Shown here one piece after another: positions 46,086 to 56,869 of a stretch of DNA of 64,000 nucleotides (the stretch's first letter is position 1; the number at the start of each line of letters is the position of its first letter). Below the pieces are notes generated by a model. The model had not been told where the DNA came from. It worked only from the letters and a program-made list of their open reading frames with translations, and searched no databases. The stretch lies in NCBI GenBank assembly GCA_046590205.1, contig JBKJTT010000018.1, forward strand, positions 1,328 to 65,327, read 5' to 3'. The translations under genes and the position numbers were made by a program. This DNA is from Candidatus Kapaibacterium sp. (GTDB taxonomy: Bacteria; Bacteroidota; Ignavibacteria; Palsa-1295).

Positions 46086-47108
46086 ATGAAACGGTCATAT
46101 AAATATATAATTGCTCTGGTTATCGGCTTTTTGTCGATAAATTCTGTTTTTGGAAAAACAGACAATACATCGGGTAGAACACATGTCTATGAGTTCTTGG
46201 CATTATCTACTAATCCACGCTCTGCGGCACTAGGTAATTCTTTTGTGGCAATGAAGAACGACCCGAATACGCTCTTCAGTAATCCGGCAGCACTTATGTC
46301 AATCGAAAAAAGGGACTCTCTCCAAGACGGTCTCCCACTTTCATTTGGAATGACAAGGCATGTACTCGACATTAATGAAGGGTATGTAAGTTTTGCTGGG
46401 AAGATACCTGATGTAGAAACAGGCGCATTTGGTGTAGGTGTGCAATATATGAGTTATGGTACATTCCCAGGTTATGATGCAGTCGGTCAACCAACAGGAG
46501 ACTTTACAGCCGGTGACTTTGCATTAACATTTGGGTATGCCGGCACTATCCCGGATAGAACTATTAACTATGGTGTTGCCATAAAATATATTTCATCAAC
46601 TCTTGTATCAGGTGGCTCTACAGAAAATTTTAGTTCGAGTGGTATCGCTGCTGATCTTGGTGTGTATTATGAAAACGAGCCATTGCAAATGACCTTTGGT
46701 CTATCTGCTTTAAATATCGGTACACAGCTCTCAACGTACGCAGGTATTCAAGAAGCACTTCCATTTAATCTTCAATTTGGTGTATCCAAAAAACTTGAAC
46801 GACTTCCTCTTACGCTTCATCTTGCTTTTAGAAATATTACTCGTGACCTCGAAGGACGTAGTTTCTTTTATGCCCTCAATGACTTTTCTCTCGGTGGCGA
46901 GTTTAACCTAAGCAGAGTAATGCGTCTGCGCTTTGGGTATGAGAACCAAAAACGCCGCGAACTCAAGACACCGGAAGGTGTAGGGCTTGCAGGATTTTCC
47001 TTCGGTTTTGGCTTTGCATTCACAAAGCTGAACTTCGATTATTCTATTAGTGCAATGGGTCCTGCCTTTAGTGATCTGCATCGCTTCGGGGCAGCTTACT
47101 ACTTCTAA
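46086..47108 (+). CDS. PorV/PorQ-family outer-membrane beta-barrel (T9SS-associated)
   Basis: Has a signal peptide, the LSTNPRSAALGNSFVAMKNDPNTLFSNPAAL motif, alternating beta-strand patterns and a C-terminal ...AAYYF. ATG 46086 is preferred over TTG 46056. Confidence 0.5.
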   Translation: MKRSYKYIIALVIGFLSINSVFGKTDNTSGRTHVYEFLALSTNPRSAALGNSFVAMKNDPNTLFSNPAALMSIEKRDSLQDGLPLSFGMTRHVLDINEGYVSFAGKIPDVETGAFGVGVQYMSYGTFPGYDAVGQPTGDFTAGDFALTFGYAGTIPDRTINYGVAIKYISSTLVSGGSTENFSSSGIAADLGVYYENEPLQMTFGLSALNIGTQLSTYAGIQEALPFNLQFGVSKKLERLPLTLHLAFRNITRDLEGRSFFYALNDFSLGGEFNLSRVMRLRFGYENQKRRELKTPEGVGLAGFSFGFGFAFTKLNFDYSISAMGPAFSDLHRFGAAYYF

Positions 47109-47114
47109 GCAAAA

Positions 47115-50100
47115 CTATCGAATCATTACTTTCTCACGAGAAGTATTTCCGCCTTCATCTAAAATGGTCAGGAGGTATACTCCTTCTGCAAGACCTTTAA
47201 CGTTAATGTCGTAGCCTTTTAGCGACAATCCCGAATTGCTATGGATTACTCTTCCTGAAATATCACTAAGTGTGACCTCATGAATCATTTCGATACTTTG
47301 GATATGCAATATATCAGAAGCAGGGCTTGGATAGACATGAATCTCTGTAATCGTTGAGCCAATCGATGAAGCTTCCGCAGTGCCAAGCATCGTTAAAGAC
47401 CCATCAAGGTCTTGCTCCCAAAGTCTATACCACGTCTTTGAAGCCGAAGCATTATTATCAAGTGATGTGTATCTTGAGCCTTGTAATGAGTTCTTTGCGG
47501 CAACTGATGTTATCTGCTGCCAATTTCCATCTGCTAATCTCTCAAGAGTAAAGTGAGAAACATTCTCTTCCTTTGCTGTCTCAAAATTCAGCGCAACATT
47601 GCCATCTCCTGTTCGATTTGCTCGGAAGCTTAGCAATTCAACCGGAAGATACGTTGCAGAGCCTGCAAAGACAAGACGCATCATCGGCAGAAGCGGTCCG
47701 CCACTTGCACCATTAAGTACTGTTCTATTCGTATCGTAATACTTTACACCCGCAGATGTAGAGAACTTCCGAAGCAATGAATCATAGAGCGGTTTATATT
47801 CAGAGGTAGAAGGAGTACTTAATGATTTTGATAGAAAGACTAAACCACGAGAAGCATCACCGCCAATTGCAAAACCTTGTGTAAGAGAACATTGAACACT
47901 ATATCGAGTACCGCGAATAAGTTTTACAGGAGTAGCAAACGTTGATCGTTGGAAGCCACGCTCAAGAACATTATACGAGATATTCTTTTGGTTAACGATA
48001 CCATTAGCAGAATCACGAATCGTTATTGTCCAGTTCGATGTGCCATTCGCAGTTAAATGGAAGAACTCAATGCCGCGAAGCGAGTCTGTTGTCAGAGGTG
48101 TGAATTGATAGTTAAATGCTGTCTCTGACGAGGTCATCGTCCCAGCGGTATCTGGTGAGCCATCATCAAGAGCATAGACATCGTCTATAGATAGAGTTAT
48201 ATAGAGCACATTCGTATCATTTGCTTTGTAATAGTCTGAGAATGTTTGCTCGATGGTTGTTTTGCATGTGAAAACGCCACCTTGTGAACCTTCTATTATC
48301 CACTCCGGCATTGTAACTTGGACATCAGTGCGTGCAGCAGGCGCAGGAAGTGATTTCATCCGGTGATAGACCTCTCTATTAAGCTGATCGCGGATGACAA
48401 GCCTCAATTGATACACACCCTGTGTTACTTGTAAACCATTGCTTGCAACTGTTACCTTCGGTTCAAGTGATCGGACATTGCGGGGGATGTGAGTGTAATT
48501 CTCAGCACCAAGTTCAACCCTTGTAACCTCAAGATCGGTCTCGTTTTTATTCCCAAATGTCGGAGCAATGATCTGTAGCCCATCTACGACGAACTCATCC
48601 GCATCATCGAACGGAGAGCCAAAGTCTGCACCATCATTCTTCGCATCAAGACGAAAACGAAATCGCGAATGGTTGTGGATGTATGTCGAGGGAATTTGAA
48701 TACGCACTTTTTCTGAAACAAGGTCAATACCACCATATATCTTGGCAATTATCTTCCAACTTAATTCAGATGGATTATAGGTCGATGCTGAAGAAGCTAT
48801 CGCTTCAACAACAAGACTGTCACCGCTAATAATAGTATTCGCAGAATTTACGACTTTACTTTCCGGTCCGATGAGCAAGCGATTACGAATCCCGGCTTTA
48901 ATACTATCATTCTTAGCTGCTCTTTGTAAACTAAAAATAAGATGCGGATTACTTCTACCGGCAAGGTCAATGGGTGCAGTAGTGAGTGAATCTCCGGCTG
49001 AACTACTTAGGTAAAATGCATTAGCCGCATCGCGTCTATCGAGTATGACCGCACCGCTTGAGACAGGTGCGACTTGGTCGTAGAAAACATCGCCTCCTGA
49101 TGTTACACGACTTGCCCCGTAAACATGATAATTACATCTATCGAGAGTTTTGTAATCATCAACGAACGGGAATGAGAGAGGTGTAAGCCGGACAAATTCA
49201 CGAACAGATACATTATCATGTCCCCAAACATCACTGTTATTTGTGGCTGTCGAGATTGTGATAGTTAGTCTATATTGCCCGCAGGGAAAATTTAGCAGCG
49301 TCGGTCCATTATGAGAACGAGTCCCTTGTTGAACATTCGTGATACTGTCATTTCGAATATAGACTTGCGCTCCGGTGACTGTATTCGTTACAAGATATGA
49401 TACTAAGACTGTACGAGTCGTATCAGATAGATTTTCAATTGTAAATGATGGTGTAAGTGAAGTACTTGTAAGTTCGTAATGATTCTGTGACGGATTGTCA
49501 ATCGTAACTACACGGACTGTATTCTTGGGTACCTGCATAAACTTTACGGCAAGTCCATCATGAAGCGATTTCTCATACTGACTTCCGGCAAACGAACGAG
49601 CATGATATGCTCCTCGATCAAGATACATTGATGCATAACCAGTGGTTGAATCCTGGATGCCTATAGTTACACTACGTTCAAAGATGCGTTCTGCAGAGTC
49701 ACCATCTATATTCCCATCGAATGAACGGTAGTGAAATGTGATAGATGAATCTGGTCGTGCATATACTATCTGGAATGTAGCTCTGATCCTTCCGTTGGTG
49801 CCTTTGATCCCCATGTTATAAAAACTTACATAGCATGTATCGCTTACGCTACGGTAGTATATTTTTGAAGTATCGCTCCGTAACTCAAGGTCTGCCCACA
49901 ATGGAAAGTTAGCTGCAAAAAGTGATACCGGGAGGGTAATGTTTTTAGCCCCGCTAAAAAGACGAAACACTGTATCTATTGGTGTAGAGGGGGAAATAGA
50001 ATCATGACTTGCAAATCCATTCACATGTACGTATCTTGGCGGTAATGTTATCTGCCTGCCGTAATAATTCATCGAAAAAGTCGTACCGCTTGGGAAGATA

Positions 50101-50327
50101 CGGACGTAGCCGCTATCGGGATTGCCAAATCCGGTCACACGTGTCCAAGACCCAAATGTAGTATCAAGGAAACGGTATGTTGGTTTTTGTGGGTGGTTGT
50201 CGTCGGAATCAATGGTGTAATACTGTATCGAGGATGCTAAGTAAGACAACGGGTTTCCTCGACGGGCAAATCCGTTTGTAAATAAGCATAGTAATGCTAA
50301 GACACTAATAGAAACAATTCTCTTCAT
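47115..50327 (-). CDS. Large secreted protein with T9SS C-terminal sorting domain
   Basis: 1070-aa ORF with a signal peptide. The C-terminus reads EIHVYPSPASDILHIQS...GVYLLTILDEGGN. Confidence 0.6.
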   Translation of the reverse strand: MKRIVSISVLALLCLFTNGFARRGNPLSYLASSIQYYTIDSDDNHPQKPTYRFLDTTFGSWTRVTGFGNPDSGYVRIFPSGTTFSMNYYGRQITLPPRYVHVNGFASHDSISPSTPIDTVFRLFSGAKNITLPVSLFAANFPLWADLELRSDTSKIYYRSVSDTCYVSFYNMGIKGTNGRIRATFQIVYARPDSSITFHYRSFDGNIDGDSAERIFERSVTIGIQDSTTGYASMYLDRGAYHARSFAGSQYEKSLHDGLAVKFMQVPKNTVRVVTIDNPSQNHYELTSTSLTPSFTIENLSDTTRTVLVSYLVTNTVTGAQVYIRNDSITNVQQGTRSHNGPTLLNFPCGQYRLTITISTATNNSDVWGHDNVSVREFVRLTPLSFPFVDDYKTLDRCNYHVYGASRVTSGGDVFYDQVAPVSSGAVILDRRDAANAFYLSSSAGDSLTTAPIDLAGRSNPHLIFSLQRAAKNDSIKAGIRNRLLIGPESKVVNSANTIISGDSLVVEAIASSASTYNPSELSWKIIAKIYGGIDLVSEKVRIQIPSTYIHNHSRFRFRLDAKNDGADFGSPFDDADEFVVDGLQIIAPTFGNKNETDLEVTRVELGAENYTHIPRNVRSLEPKVTVASNGLQVTQGVYQLRLVIRDQLNREVYHRMKSLPAPAARTDVQVTMPEWIIEGSQGGVFTCKTTIEQTFSDYYKANDTNVLYITLSIDDVYALDDGSPDTAGTMTSSETAFNYQFTPLTTDSLRGIEFFHLTANGTSNWTITIRDSANGIVNQKNISYNVLERGFQRSTFATPVKLIRGTRYSVQCSLTQGFAIGGDASRGLVFLSKSLSTPSTSEYKPLYDSLLRKFSTSAGVKYYDTNRTVLNGASGGPLLPMMRLVFAGSATYLPVELLSFRANRTGDGNVALNFETAKEENVSHFTLERLADGNWQQITSVAAKNSLQGSRYTSLDNNASASKTWYRLWEQDLDGSLTMLGTAEASSIGSTITEIHVYPSPASDILHIQSIEMIHEVTLSDISGRVIHSNSGLSLKGYDINVKGLAEGVYLLTILDEGGNTSREKVMIR

Positions 50328-50381
50328 TCAGACTCCTTCATTACGTCTATAAACACATCTCAATGTGGCATTTAAATACTC

Positions 50382-51956
50382 TTATCTGACAATAAGAAAT
50401 GGCGTAAACCGTTCGCCTTCTGTCGTCTGCATAGTGAGCACATATCTGCCTGAAATCAGCTTTGATACATCAAGCTCTAACTCATCATACAACCCATTCT
50501 GTGTAAGTCTCTCAACACCGAGCACGTCCGTGATCTTAACTTCCGTTATGAAATTACCACTTGGTGCTTTAATAGTAACAAATCGTGATGCAGGGTTTGG
50601 ATATACCTCAAAGCCACCAAGATTTGTACCTTTAGGTACGTTGACAATAAACTTACCAACTCCAAACGGCAAAAATGTATAGGCATCAGCCATATCAAAT
50701 CCCGAGACAACAGCAAAGACAGGCACAGGCGAAGTTATCTTATGCACCCCTACCTCAACTGGTAGCTGAACTGCAGACATTTGCGATTGTAGAATATCAT
50801 TCGGTGTACGTAACGATGTTATGCTGTTACCATCAAGTAGTACTTCAGCACCTCTATCTCTCGGATAGACGATCGTCACATAGTTAGCAAGGTCACTTGA
50901 CCCTGTAGAGAGTTTTGGCGAATACCAGACCATCGTGTCTTGCCAGTCAGAACGAGGTAAAATAGTAACAAGTGACGGATCGCTATTTGCATACACATCA
51001 CTACCTACCGTTGCAAGATAGCATTGTGCCTTTTGTGAGACACTGAATACTTCCGGTGCAGTAATCGACATCTCAAGCCAGCCCGTCGATGTTTCTTTGA
51101 GTACTCCGCGTCCTGTAAGCACCGTAAAATTCATACTATCGCTTACAAAGATGACTCTGCCCGGATGGTCTGTGTTCGAGAGAGGAGAGATAAAGAACCC
51201 TTCATCAACATGACTCTTCGGGAGCAAATGATCGAGCATCTCATTACATGCCTGTTGTCTGAGCGGTACATAGCCACAGGTAACATTTGTTATGACACTT
51301 ACCCGAGCAGATGCTTTGATCGTAGTACCTGAAAAGCCACGCTCACCTGAAGCTGTTTTTGAATCTGCTTTCACTATAACTGATTCACCTGTACCTAACA
51401 AAAATGTACGTGTCACACCAGCTTCACCGCCCAAAGGTGCAATATTTGGTGTTATGTTTACCACCGTTTCAGGACCGGTTGCTGTTACCACAAATTGCGT
51501 ATAGTTATTTTCATTCACATCATTAAATATCCCCCATGAAGAGACTATATACTCTTTGCCGAGTTGGCTATCAGGATAAATTTGGGTTGCATCACCTGCA
51601 AAGGGCATGAACCGATGAACGACGAGTGATATGGGCTGTGTAGTAGTAACAATGATATACTTGTTGACTATTGTATATGATTCATCTGTAATAGTTATCG
51701 ATGACGGAAGAGCAACAGATGTAACCTTATAGGGCTCAAAGCTAAAATCAATTACTTGCCCTGGTAAAATCGCTTTCCCACTGCCTTTATAGGCGCTCAT
51801 GATGCGAAGAGTTATCGTCGGCGTTTCACCGGGGGAAATTCGTTCAGGTCCTTCTGGTAGAGCAAACACAAAGCGTGTCCCCGCACCGTTAAGCTGTGCG
51901 GAAGCTGGTGCTGCTAAAGCAAGCACAAGGAGGATGAATAACAGTATATGCTTCAT
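50382..51956 (-). CDS. Secreted protein (IgGFc-binding-like N-terminal domain by eye) with T9SS C-terminal sorting domain
   Basis: The start is placed at MKHILLFILLVLALAAPASAQ. The C-terminus reads FEVYPNPASRFVTIKAP...GRYVLTMQTTEGE. Confidence 0.55.
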   Translation of the reverse strand: MKHILLFILLVLALAAPASAQLNGAGTRFVFALPEGPERISPGETPTITLRIMSAYKGSGKAILPGQVIDFSFEPYKVTSVALPSSITITDESYTIVNKYIIVTTTQPISLVVHRFMPFAGDATQIYPDSQLGKEYIVSSWGIFNDVNENNYTQFVVTATGPETVVNITPNIAPLGGEAGVTRTFLLGTGESVIVKADSKTASGERGFSGTTIKASARVSVITNVTCGYVPLRQQACNEMLDHLLPKSHVDEGFFISPLSNTDHPGRVIFVSDSMNFTVLTGRGVLKETSTGWLEMSITAPEVFSVSQKAQCYLATVGSDVYANSDPSLVTILPRSDWQDTMVWYSPKLSTGSSDLANYVTIVYPRDRGAEVLLDGNSITSLRTPNDILQSQMSAVQLPVEVGVHKITSPVPVFAVVSGFDMADAYTFLPFGVGKFIVNVPKGTNLGGFEVYPNPASRFVTIKAPSGNFITEVKITDVLGVERLTQNGLYDELELDVSKLISGRYVLTMQTTEGERFTPFLIVR

Positions 51957-52005
51957 AGGATTCACCCTATAAAAAGGCACGTATCGGGCAGATAGTTCAC
52001 TCGTT

Positions 52006-54090
52006 CTAATCGAGAAATGCCCACGTAACATCTATCTTAAACATAATCCCGGAACGAGGATATAGACTGACCGTATAGAACGGCTCACCAGTCAAATTAA
52101 GAAGCAAGACATTGATTTGGGCACGTCTATCCACTTCCGCGGCAACAAGGAAATCGAACATATACTTCGGCTTGGTCAGACGCTCGTCATTGTATGGGTA
52201 TCCCGACAAACTTTCACTACCGCGATAGACATAATAATCCGAAGCATTATCGTAGCTAAGTGTTGTGCTTAAGCGGTTCATATAACGAGTACGAAGCCCC
52301 AAACTCAAGCGCAGATTTCCTTCGGCAATTTCATTCTCATAATAGAATGCAGCCGAACCGTTAAGTTTATCAGAGATAGGAGCGCGAAGAGCATCGTTCG
52401 AAGTATAATTGGAAACGAGGTTCACTTCAGGGGTATAATTCGCAGCAAGTGAAACTCTAAAGACAGAGAACCACAGATCAAGCGCAGAACGTATCGAACT
52501 CGAATGAATTTGTTCTGACGAAAAAGAAGGTACCGAAAACCCGGTCGTATCAGTAGCTGCGACAATACCTTCCGGCTCGCGTCTATCAAGATATCCAACT
52601 GTTAAGGCTACGCTATCACGTTTTGAGAGCGGAAAACCAACACGGGCGAATCCACCTACGTTGGATATTTCATACGTTGCAGTTGGTGTCGGCGAGAGCG
52701 ATGCGCGGTCTCTTCCGTAATTATAGAGTGCGCTCAGAGAGAAGAAACGCGAGAGTTTCATCTCTGCACCGAGTCCGAAGTTCGTAAAGAATTGATCGGC
52801 TTGCGGCTCGCTTGCCAAAGATAACTGCGAAAGCGTCCCACGGAAATATCCGTCAGCACTCAAACCGAAATCTCCACCGATAAATAGCGAATCTGATGCA
52901 AAACCGGAGAAGCGGGTTTCTTTGATTGCTGAACAATTACAGCCGTTATCTTTATCAATAAGTTGGAAGTCGCCTCTGACAAGTACTTTTGTAATGAACG
53001 TCCCTATTTCGAGTGCTACAGGTTGGGAAAGTGATAACCCAATCCTATCGCCAAGTGAAACCGGCGCATACTTGAGAGCAAATGCTGAATCATTGGCGAA
53101 TACTCTACGTGATGCTTTCGTATAAAATCCGCCGAGCTTAGTACGTTCTTTTTCTGATAGAAGTGAAAGCGAAAACTCTCCCATTACATCAACACGGGTT
53201 CTGTGGTCGTAGCTATTTGGTGTCAAGACTTGTGCCAGCTTCTCGTCAAATATATCTGTCGTGCTGTCTTGTATTGTTATCCCACCATTGAGTCCGCTGA
53301 ATGCTGTTGTGTAAAGAATAAAAAGTGTCGCATCAATCTCGGGGGTAAAGTACGTTGACTGTCCGCGAATCCACCAATTATCAACACGCGGGTTAAACTC
53401 TGCATTATCGAATACACTGACCTGTGCCTTTCCCGCTGCTCTTCGGTAGAGAGCTAATGTGAGATTCAATGACTCGCTCGTATTATAACTAAAGAGTCCT
53501 TCAAAGTTAGAATACGAATTACCGAGTTCTTGCGAAAGACGGATACGGGAGTATGTCGTCGGTGAGCGGAATTTCTCGAGCGTGAAAGTTACGTTATCAC
53601 TTCCGGTAAAGTCGTTGAAGTTCTTTTCCTGTGACTGGCTCACTCGCAAAGAACTTGCCATCTCAAGAGGGTAATAGTTGAGGATACTATTACCTGTCAG
53701 TGGGTCAGTAAGAGGAAGGATGCCATTAAGCGAACTTGAAATCAGCGGCTCCGATGTCCTGTTTGTCATCATAAACGCTTCGCGTCCGTATGATTGGTCT
53801 CTCTGAATTAACGAAAAGCCGACTCTGGAATCTTCAAGCAACGTCGGGATCGTCTGCGGGTCACCATAGAATCTGCGTGCCGGGACAGAATAGACGAACT
53901 GTGAATTGATATTATCTACAAGAGGACGATAATACTCTTGGGGAGTCACCTTCTTCAGAGTATCAGCGATCATGAGTGAATCTGTCGGCTGCCCGTATGC
54001 AAAACTACAAATACAGACAAGCACTCCAACGAGGAGCGGCTGAAAGACCGATATGATTCTCTGGTTTGTCAATCTTCGAGTTTCTAACAA
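52006..54090 (-). CDS. Putative outer-membrane beta-barrel protein
   Basis: 694-aa ORF with a TTG start and an N-terminal hydrophobic segment. It has pervasive alternating hydrophobic/polar strands with Y/F/G-rich turns. It is the first gene of a three-gene minus-strand operon. Confidence 0.45.
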   Translation of the reverse strand: MLETRRLTNQRIISVFQPLLVGVLVCICSFAYGQPTDSLMIADTLKKVTPQEYYRPLVDNINSQFVYSVPARRFYGDPQTIPTLLEDSRVGFSLIQRDQSYGREAFMMTNRTSEPLISSSLNGILPLTDPLTGNSILNYYPLEMASSLRVSQSQEKNFNDFTGSDNVTFTLEKFRSPTTYSRIRLSQELGNSYSNFEGLFSYNTSESLNLTLALYRRAAGKAQVSVFDNAEFNPRVDNWWIRGQSTYFTPEIDATLFILYTTAFSGLNGGITIQDSTTDIFDEKLAQVLTPNSYDHRTRVDVMGEFSLSLLSEKERTKLGGFYTKASRRVFANDSAFALKYAPVSLGDRIGLSLSQPVALEIGTFITKVLVRGDFQLIDKDNGCNCSAIKETRFSGFASDSLFIGGDFGLSADGYFRGTLSQLSLASEPQADQFFTNFGLGAEMKLSRFFSLSALYNYGRDRASLSPTPTATYEISNVGGFARVGFPLSKRDSVALTVGYLDRREPEGIVAATDTTGFSVPSFSSEQIHSSSIRSALDLWFSVFRVSLAANYTPEVNLVSNYTSNDALRAPISDKLNGSAAFYYENEIAEGNLRLSLGLRTRYMNRLSTTLSYDNASDYYVYRGSESLSGYPYNDERLTKPKYMFDFLVAAEVDRRAQINVLLLNLTGEPFYTVSLYPRSGIMFKIDVTWAFLD

Positions 54091-54180
54091 CAGATGGGTA
54101 TATGATACTCCAAAAATATCTCTACTTATGACAACGTATCTTTTCTGTGAGTCTGGGTGTTTATACGTCCCTGCAAAATT

Positions 54181-55449
54181 ATGGGAAGACTTTTCGACGA
54201 TAACGACAAGCGCATCGGCGTAGCCATCTTTGGCTCAACAGGCAGCATCGGCACACAAACGCTTGATGTCATCTCGCGCTTCCCAGAACGCTACCGAGTT
54301 GAAGCTATTACAGCATACCGCTCGGCAGCAACTATGATAGAGCAAATACGAACTCATCATCCGGTTGTTGCGGTGATGGAAGATCATGATGCATGGGAAG
54401 AAGTCAACTCTGCAATAAAACAGAGTCCAACCTCCCCAAAGGACCACACGTACATACTCCCTGCCCATTCAGAAAAGACCCCGGGACGTGACATATATGA
54501 AAAGATAGCGTCTGATGCCGCTTCGCCGATAGTTGTAGCTGCTATGGTCGGCTTTGCAGGGCTTCGTCCGACTATCGCAGCGATAAAAGCAGGGAAGAAA
54601 GTTTGCATCGCGAACAAAGAGACATTTGTCGTTGCAGGTGAACTCATTAATGCTCTTGCGAAAAAGTCGGGCGCGGAGATAGTACCAATAGATTCAGAGC
54701 ATTCGGCAATAGCGCAATGTCTTGTCGGTGAGAAACACGAGAGCATCAAACGTATCATTTTAACCGCAAGCGGCGGACCATTCCGCACACTTGCAAAAGA
54801 ATCATTCAAAGATATTACTCTTGCTCAAGCGCTCAAACATCCGAACTGGGTGATGGGCCGAAAGATAACAATTGACTCGGCAACGCTCATGAACAAGGGA
54901 CTTGAAGTCATCGAAGCGAGATGGCTTTTTGATGTACCATTAGAGAAGGTTGATGTTATAGTACATCCGCAATCTATCATCCATTCGATGGTAGAGTTCG
55001 TTGACGGCAGCGTGAAAGCACAACTCGGCGCACCTGATATGCGGTTGCCCATTCAGTACGCACTGGGGTATCCCGAGCGTCTGCCTCAGGAATACGACAT
55101 CCTCGATCTGCTCAAAAATAACCGATCCGACTTTGAATCGCCTGATACCGAGCGTTTCCCCTGCCTCGAACTTGCCCGTAAAGCGTTGCGGCGTGGTGGG
55201 TTATACCCTTGCATACTAAATGCTGCAAATGAGATCGCGGTAGAAGCATTTTTAGACGAGAAATTGCGTTTCATAGACATACCGACTGTCATTGATTCGG
55301 TAATGGACTCTGCCCCTTCGGGAAGTGGCGAGCCATTCGATGCTTCGAGCGACCAGTCAATAGAAAACGGTCTATCACGTATATATGAATCAGATAAAGC
55401 GGCAAGGGTTGCTGCGAAACAGTTCATAGCAAAATTGAGTATAGCTTAG
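54181..55449 (+). CDS. dxr: 1-deoxy-D-xylulose-5-phosphate reductoisomerase
   Basis: Contains IAIFGSTGSIGTQTLDV, ANKE, DSEHSA and NKGLE motifs. ATG 54181 is preferred over GTG 54157. Confidence 0.9.
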   Translation: MGRLFDDNDKRIGVAIFGSTGSIGTQTLDVISRFPERYRVEAITAYRSAATMIEQIRTHHPVVAVMEDHDAWEEVNSAIKQSPTSPKDHTYILPAHSEKTPGRDIYEKIASDAASPIVVAAMVGFAGLRPTIAAIKAGKKVCIANKETFVVAGELINALAKKSGAEIVPIDSEHSAIAQCLVGEKHESIKRIILTASGGPFRTLAKESFKDITLAQALKHPNWVMGRKITIDSATLMNKGLEVIEARWLFDVPLEKVDVIVHPQSIIHSMVEFVDGSVKAQLGAPDMRLPIQYALGYPERLPQEYDILDLLKNNRSDFESPDTERFPCLELARKALRRGGLYPCILNAANEIAVEAFLDEKLRFIDIPTVIDSVMDSAPSGSGEPFDASSDQSIENGLSRIYESDKAARVAAKQFIAKLSIA

Positions 55450-55468
55450 GTTACCCAAATAATACAAT

Positions 55469-56866
55469 ATGGAATTTCTAACAACGTTATTTTACTTCAT
55501 CGTTACGATATTCGTGCTCGTATCGGTGCATGAGTTTGGTCACTTTATAGCCGCACGTATGTTCGGCATGTGGGTACCTATTTATTCTATCGGTATGGGG
55601 CGACGCCTCTTCGGATGGAATAAGATCAATGGCTTTACCTTCAATAATCTTCCTGAAGAGATAGAGAACAAGCTCGGTGCAAATACCGATTACCGCCTCT
55701 CGCTCCTTCCCATCGGCGGCTATGCAAAAATAGCTGGCATGATAGACGAGACACAGACTGAAGAACTCAAGGGACCGCCGCAGCCATGGGAATTCCGCTC
55801 AAAGAGTTGGTGGAAAAAATCTATTGTTATTTGTGCAGGTGTAATCCTGAACTTCCTCCTTGCAGGTGCTATCTTTATTGGCATTAAGTATTCGCAAGGA
55901 AAAGAGATCATCGAAACAACTTCGATCGGTTATGTTCGACAGGCATCGATCTCTGCAAAACTTGGCGTTCAAGCAGGCGATAAGATCGTAGCCGTTAATA
56001 ACCGTCAGGTGAATGATTGGGGTGCTGTTAAACATGAAGTGTTCATTGAGAACATTGGCAACGACTTTACGATGACTGTAGATCGTAATGGTGAAAAGAA
56101 AGATTTTCTCTATCAGAATGAAGCTTTCGGAAATCTCGCAGATGATTACGAAGCAACCGAAAAGAATTTTGGTATTGTCCCTGAAGGTATTCCCGGTGTA
56201 ATGATTGGTGATAAGCCCGTTGCTACAGAACCCGCAGACAAGATCGGTCTGCAAAAAGGTGACATCATCACACACGTCAATGATGTGCCCATAGCCAACG
56301 ATGTCGCTATGGTTGACAATGTTAGCGTAAACCCAGAGAAAGAGATAACTCTTAAATGGAAGCGTAATGGACAAGAAATGTCATCTCTTGTTACCCCGAA
56401 TAAAGCAGGACGCATCGGTGTAGCACTAATTAATCTTCCATTCAACGGCAAAACCCGTCACGAAGATTATTCTATCACAGAAGCAGTATCAGTTGGTATC
56501 GACGAGCTATTCACACAGACGAGAATGTATATGAAAGGCATCGTGCTTCTTGTAACTGGCAAAGCTGATGCATCAAAGAATCTTGGCGGTCCTATCAAGA
56601 TAGCACAGTATGCCGGCAAGAGTGCTGAGGGTGGCGCAGTTGCATTCCTCACATTCATGGCAATACTTTCGCTCTCGCTTGCGTTTCTGAATATACTCCC
56701 TATCCCTGCGCTTGATGGTGGGCATCTTGTTATTATAATTATTGAAGCAGTTTTACGTCGGGAAATTTCCCAAAAGCTTAAGATGCGTGTTCAGCAAGTC
56801 GGGGTAAGTGTACTTTTATTACTCATGGCATTCATGATCTTTAACGACATTAGCGGTCTTCTTTAA
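55469..56866 (+). CDS. rseP: RIP site-2 metalloprotease
   Basis: 465-aa ORF with HEFGHF, a PDZ-like middle region and NILPIPALDGGH. Confidence 0.85.
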   Translation: MEFLTTLFYFIVTIFVLVSVHEFGHFIAARMFGMWVPIYSIGMGRRLFGWNKINGFTFNNLPEEIENKLGANTDYRLSLLPIGGYAKIAGMIDETQTEELKGPPQPWEFRSKSWWKKSIVICAGVILNFLLAGAIFIGIKYSQGKEIIETTSIGYVRQASISAKLGVQAGDKIVAVNNRQVNDWGAVKHEVFIENIGNDFTMTVDRNGEKKDFLYQNEAFGNLADDYEATEKNFGIVPEGIPGVMIGDKPVATEPADKIGLQKGDIITHVNDVPIANDVAMVDNVSVNPEKEITLKWKRNGQEMSSLVTPNKAGRIGVALINLPFNGKTRHEDYSITEAVSVGIDELFTQTRMYMKGIVLLVTGKADASKNLGGPIKIAQYAGKSAEGGAVAFLTFMAILSLSLAFLNILPIPALDGGHLVIIIIEAVLRREISQKLKMRVQQVGVSVLLLLMAFMIFNDISGLL

Positions 56867-56869
56867 ATT

